Source: Vicugna vicugna (taxonomy: Eukaryota). From it: 64,000 bases of DNA. The DNA is taken from positions 3,844,911 through 3,908,910 of the forward strand of contig MU058531.1 of assembly GCA_013265495.1 (NCBI GenBank). Direction: 5' to 3'. Shown piece by piece: positions 62,310 to 64,000 of the stretch. Position numbers and translations under genes: made by a program. The notes under the pieces are model-generated. The model worked only from the letters and a program-made list of their open reading frames with translations, was not told the DNA's origin and made no database searches. How positions within the stretch are numbered: the stretch's first letter is position 1; every line of letters begins with the position of its first letter.

Positions 62310-64000
62310 GTAATAAAAGTTACTTTCCTAAGGTACTCTAGGGGACAAGTTACCTTTTGGGGATCACTTGGAACTTAGATAATGACCATTCTGGGGCTGG
62401 TAAAATTGCTCGTTTCCCATAATCACAGGTACCACTCTCCTCTCTTATCATCCATCACCAATATTAGAACTTTGAGGAGGTGACCCAGTTCTCCTAAAGT
62501 GAGAAAGCTCAAAAATAAGTTGGTTGAATTCTGCCTCTAGATGTATCACTGAGCTACCCACGGGCTCCTCTTAGCAGGTGAAACTCATTTAGACTTCTTT
62601 TGCCTGCCATGAGTAAGGTATATAGGCTAACAAGTTTGAGTATTTTCTATGTGATATATCCCTCACTTTCCAGGCTGAGCTCTGGGGTTGCAAGTATCCA
62701 AAGCATAGAATGGCACCAAAGTGGCTCACATCCTACTTAGGGAAGCAGGTTAGTAAACAATGTAATTCATTAAGCATAGTGTTGTGAGAGAGGAGAGCAC
62801 AGGCTGCCAGAAGACCAGAGGGGAAGCTGCCTGCTTTCTCATCACTCGTACCCCACAGTGAGGCCTAAAATGTATAAGCAGCATTCTAATAGCAGAAAGA
62901 TAGCTGCCTCAGAGGAGCAAGGAAAGAAGAGAGGACAGGGCACTTTTACAGGAACAGGACTTTTCCTGTAGATTGAGAAGATTGGAAACTATCGTGGTAG
63001 TGTCAGGAAGTTCTTGGGAATGTGGCAGGATACTGTGCTGTGGTTCCAGAGCACCGTGATCTTCCTCCACTCTTGATCAGAGGTCTTGGATGTTGGGTCT
63101 TCACAGCTACAGTGTGTGCTGATTTCTGGCTATAGAGCCACCTTCATTTATTCACTGGCTTTTGATGCCTGCTTTGGCTCTTGCTCTGTATATACCAAGA
63201 TGTCAAGGACTGAGCCCTCTCCAAGGAATGCACATTTCAGCATAGCAGAAAATAAATAAGCAGAGAATTTCAACTCAAGGTGATCCATGCTTCAGTTGAA
63301 GTGTGAGACTGATGCTGAGGAAACCCAGGGTGGGCAAAATTCTGTTGCCTGTGAAGATCACAAAGATCGTAAAGAGGAAATGACATGGGACCTAGGTCCT
63401 GAAGGAAGTATAAGAGAAGTGCATCTTAGCCAAATGGAACAGCACAAGACAAAGCTAGAAACTCCAGGTATGTTAGGAATTGATGAGTGGATATGGCTAG
63501 TGCTGAGACTAGAGGGTATGAAGAATGGAAGGAATGATAGGGAACATCAGACTGGGAACAAAATATGAAGGACCAGTTTAATCCATATTTGGACCTCATC
63601 CCATGGAACAGATGGGAGAGACATTTAATATTTTAAAGTGGGAGAGTGACACATTTAGACACGTGCTTTTAAAAGCACAGAAAGGTAAAAGAATCTTTGA
63701 GTTTGGTGCCAGAGGTAGAAAGGGAAACACAGATAACACGACTTCCCTCCCCTCAGTCCTTCTATCTTCAACCCACCTGGACAAGCAGAGTTGGGGGGTG
63801 TTTCTACAAAGATTGATGGAAATTGGAAATGGAAAAGAGCAGTTATGTGGGAATACATAATGAAGTGCTTGATGTAGAGCTGACATTCAAATATTTGTTG
63901 AATTAAATGTTCAGCATATTAGGTGACAAGTGAGTGGCTCCATCCTTCTGTCCATCTGTCTCTTAAACCATCCTTCCAGCCCTCTGTCTAGTCAGTCATT

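Larger units (their letters stand above)
58103..64000 (+). pseudogene. CYP2C: CYP2C pseudogene, unit 3 (partial exons 1 and 2, exon 3, exon 8; exon 9 expected just beyond the window)
   Basis: Promoter paralogous to unit 2. Intron 3 is paralogous to ~950-1930, and 61382-64000 is paralogous to ~25830-28290. Confidence 0.9.
61382..64000 (+). repeat. Segmental paralogy with ~25830-28290 (end of intron 7, exon 8, intron 8)
   Basis: Colinear similarity throughout, by eye. Includes an identical tract 63321-63662 = 27613-27954. Confidence 0.95.

Overview
Mammalian, AT-rich, repeat-dense genomic DNA, most likely camelid: a tRNA-derived SINE resembling vic-1 sits at 61817-61951. The window is part of a tandem CYP2C (cytochrome P450) cluster with three + strand units, and every one carries inactivating lesions as written. 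Unit 1 (exons 4-9, 2046-28561; exons 1-3 lie upstream of the window) is nearly intact, but has an 11-bp deletion in exon 4, an AG>GG acceptor change at exon 8 and a 1-bp deletion in exon 8. Unit 2 (promoter plus exons 1, 7, 8, 9; 44900-51362) has lost exons 2-6. Unit 3 (promoter, fragments of exons 1 and 2, exon 3, exon 8; from 58103, running off the window) has lost exons 4-7 at an L1 insertion. The remainder is mostly LINE-1 (including one young 5'-truncated copy with about 560 open ORF2 codons), ERV/MaLR LTRs and DNA-transposon relics. I see no convincing new protein-coding system. The best second-look items are structural: a candidate L1-insertion-mediated deletion, a 342-bp 100%-identical tract between diverged paralogs, two long inverted duplications, an 88-bp copy of the proximal promoter inserted into an upstream enhancer region, and candidate L1 3' transductions. 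All alignments were done by eye; comparisons with human CYP2C9 and repeat-family names are from memory and need confirmation.
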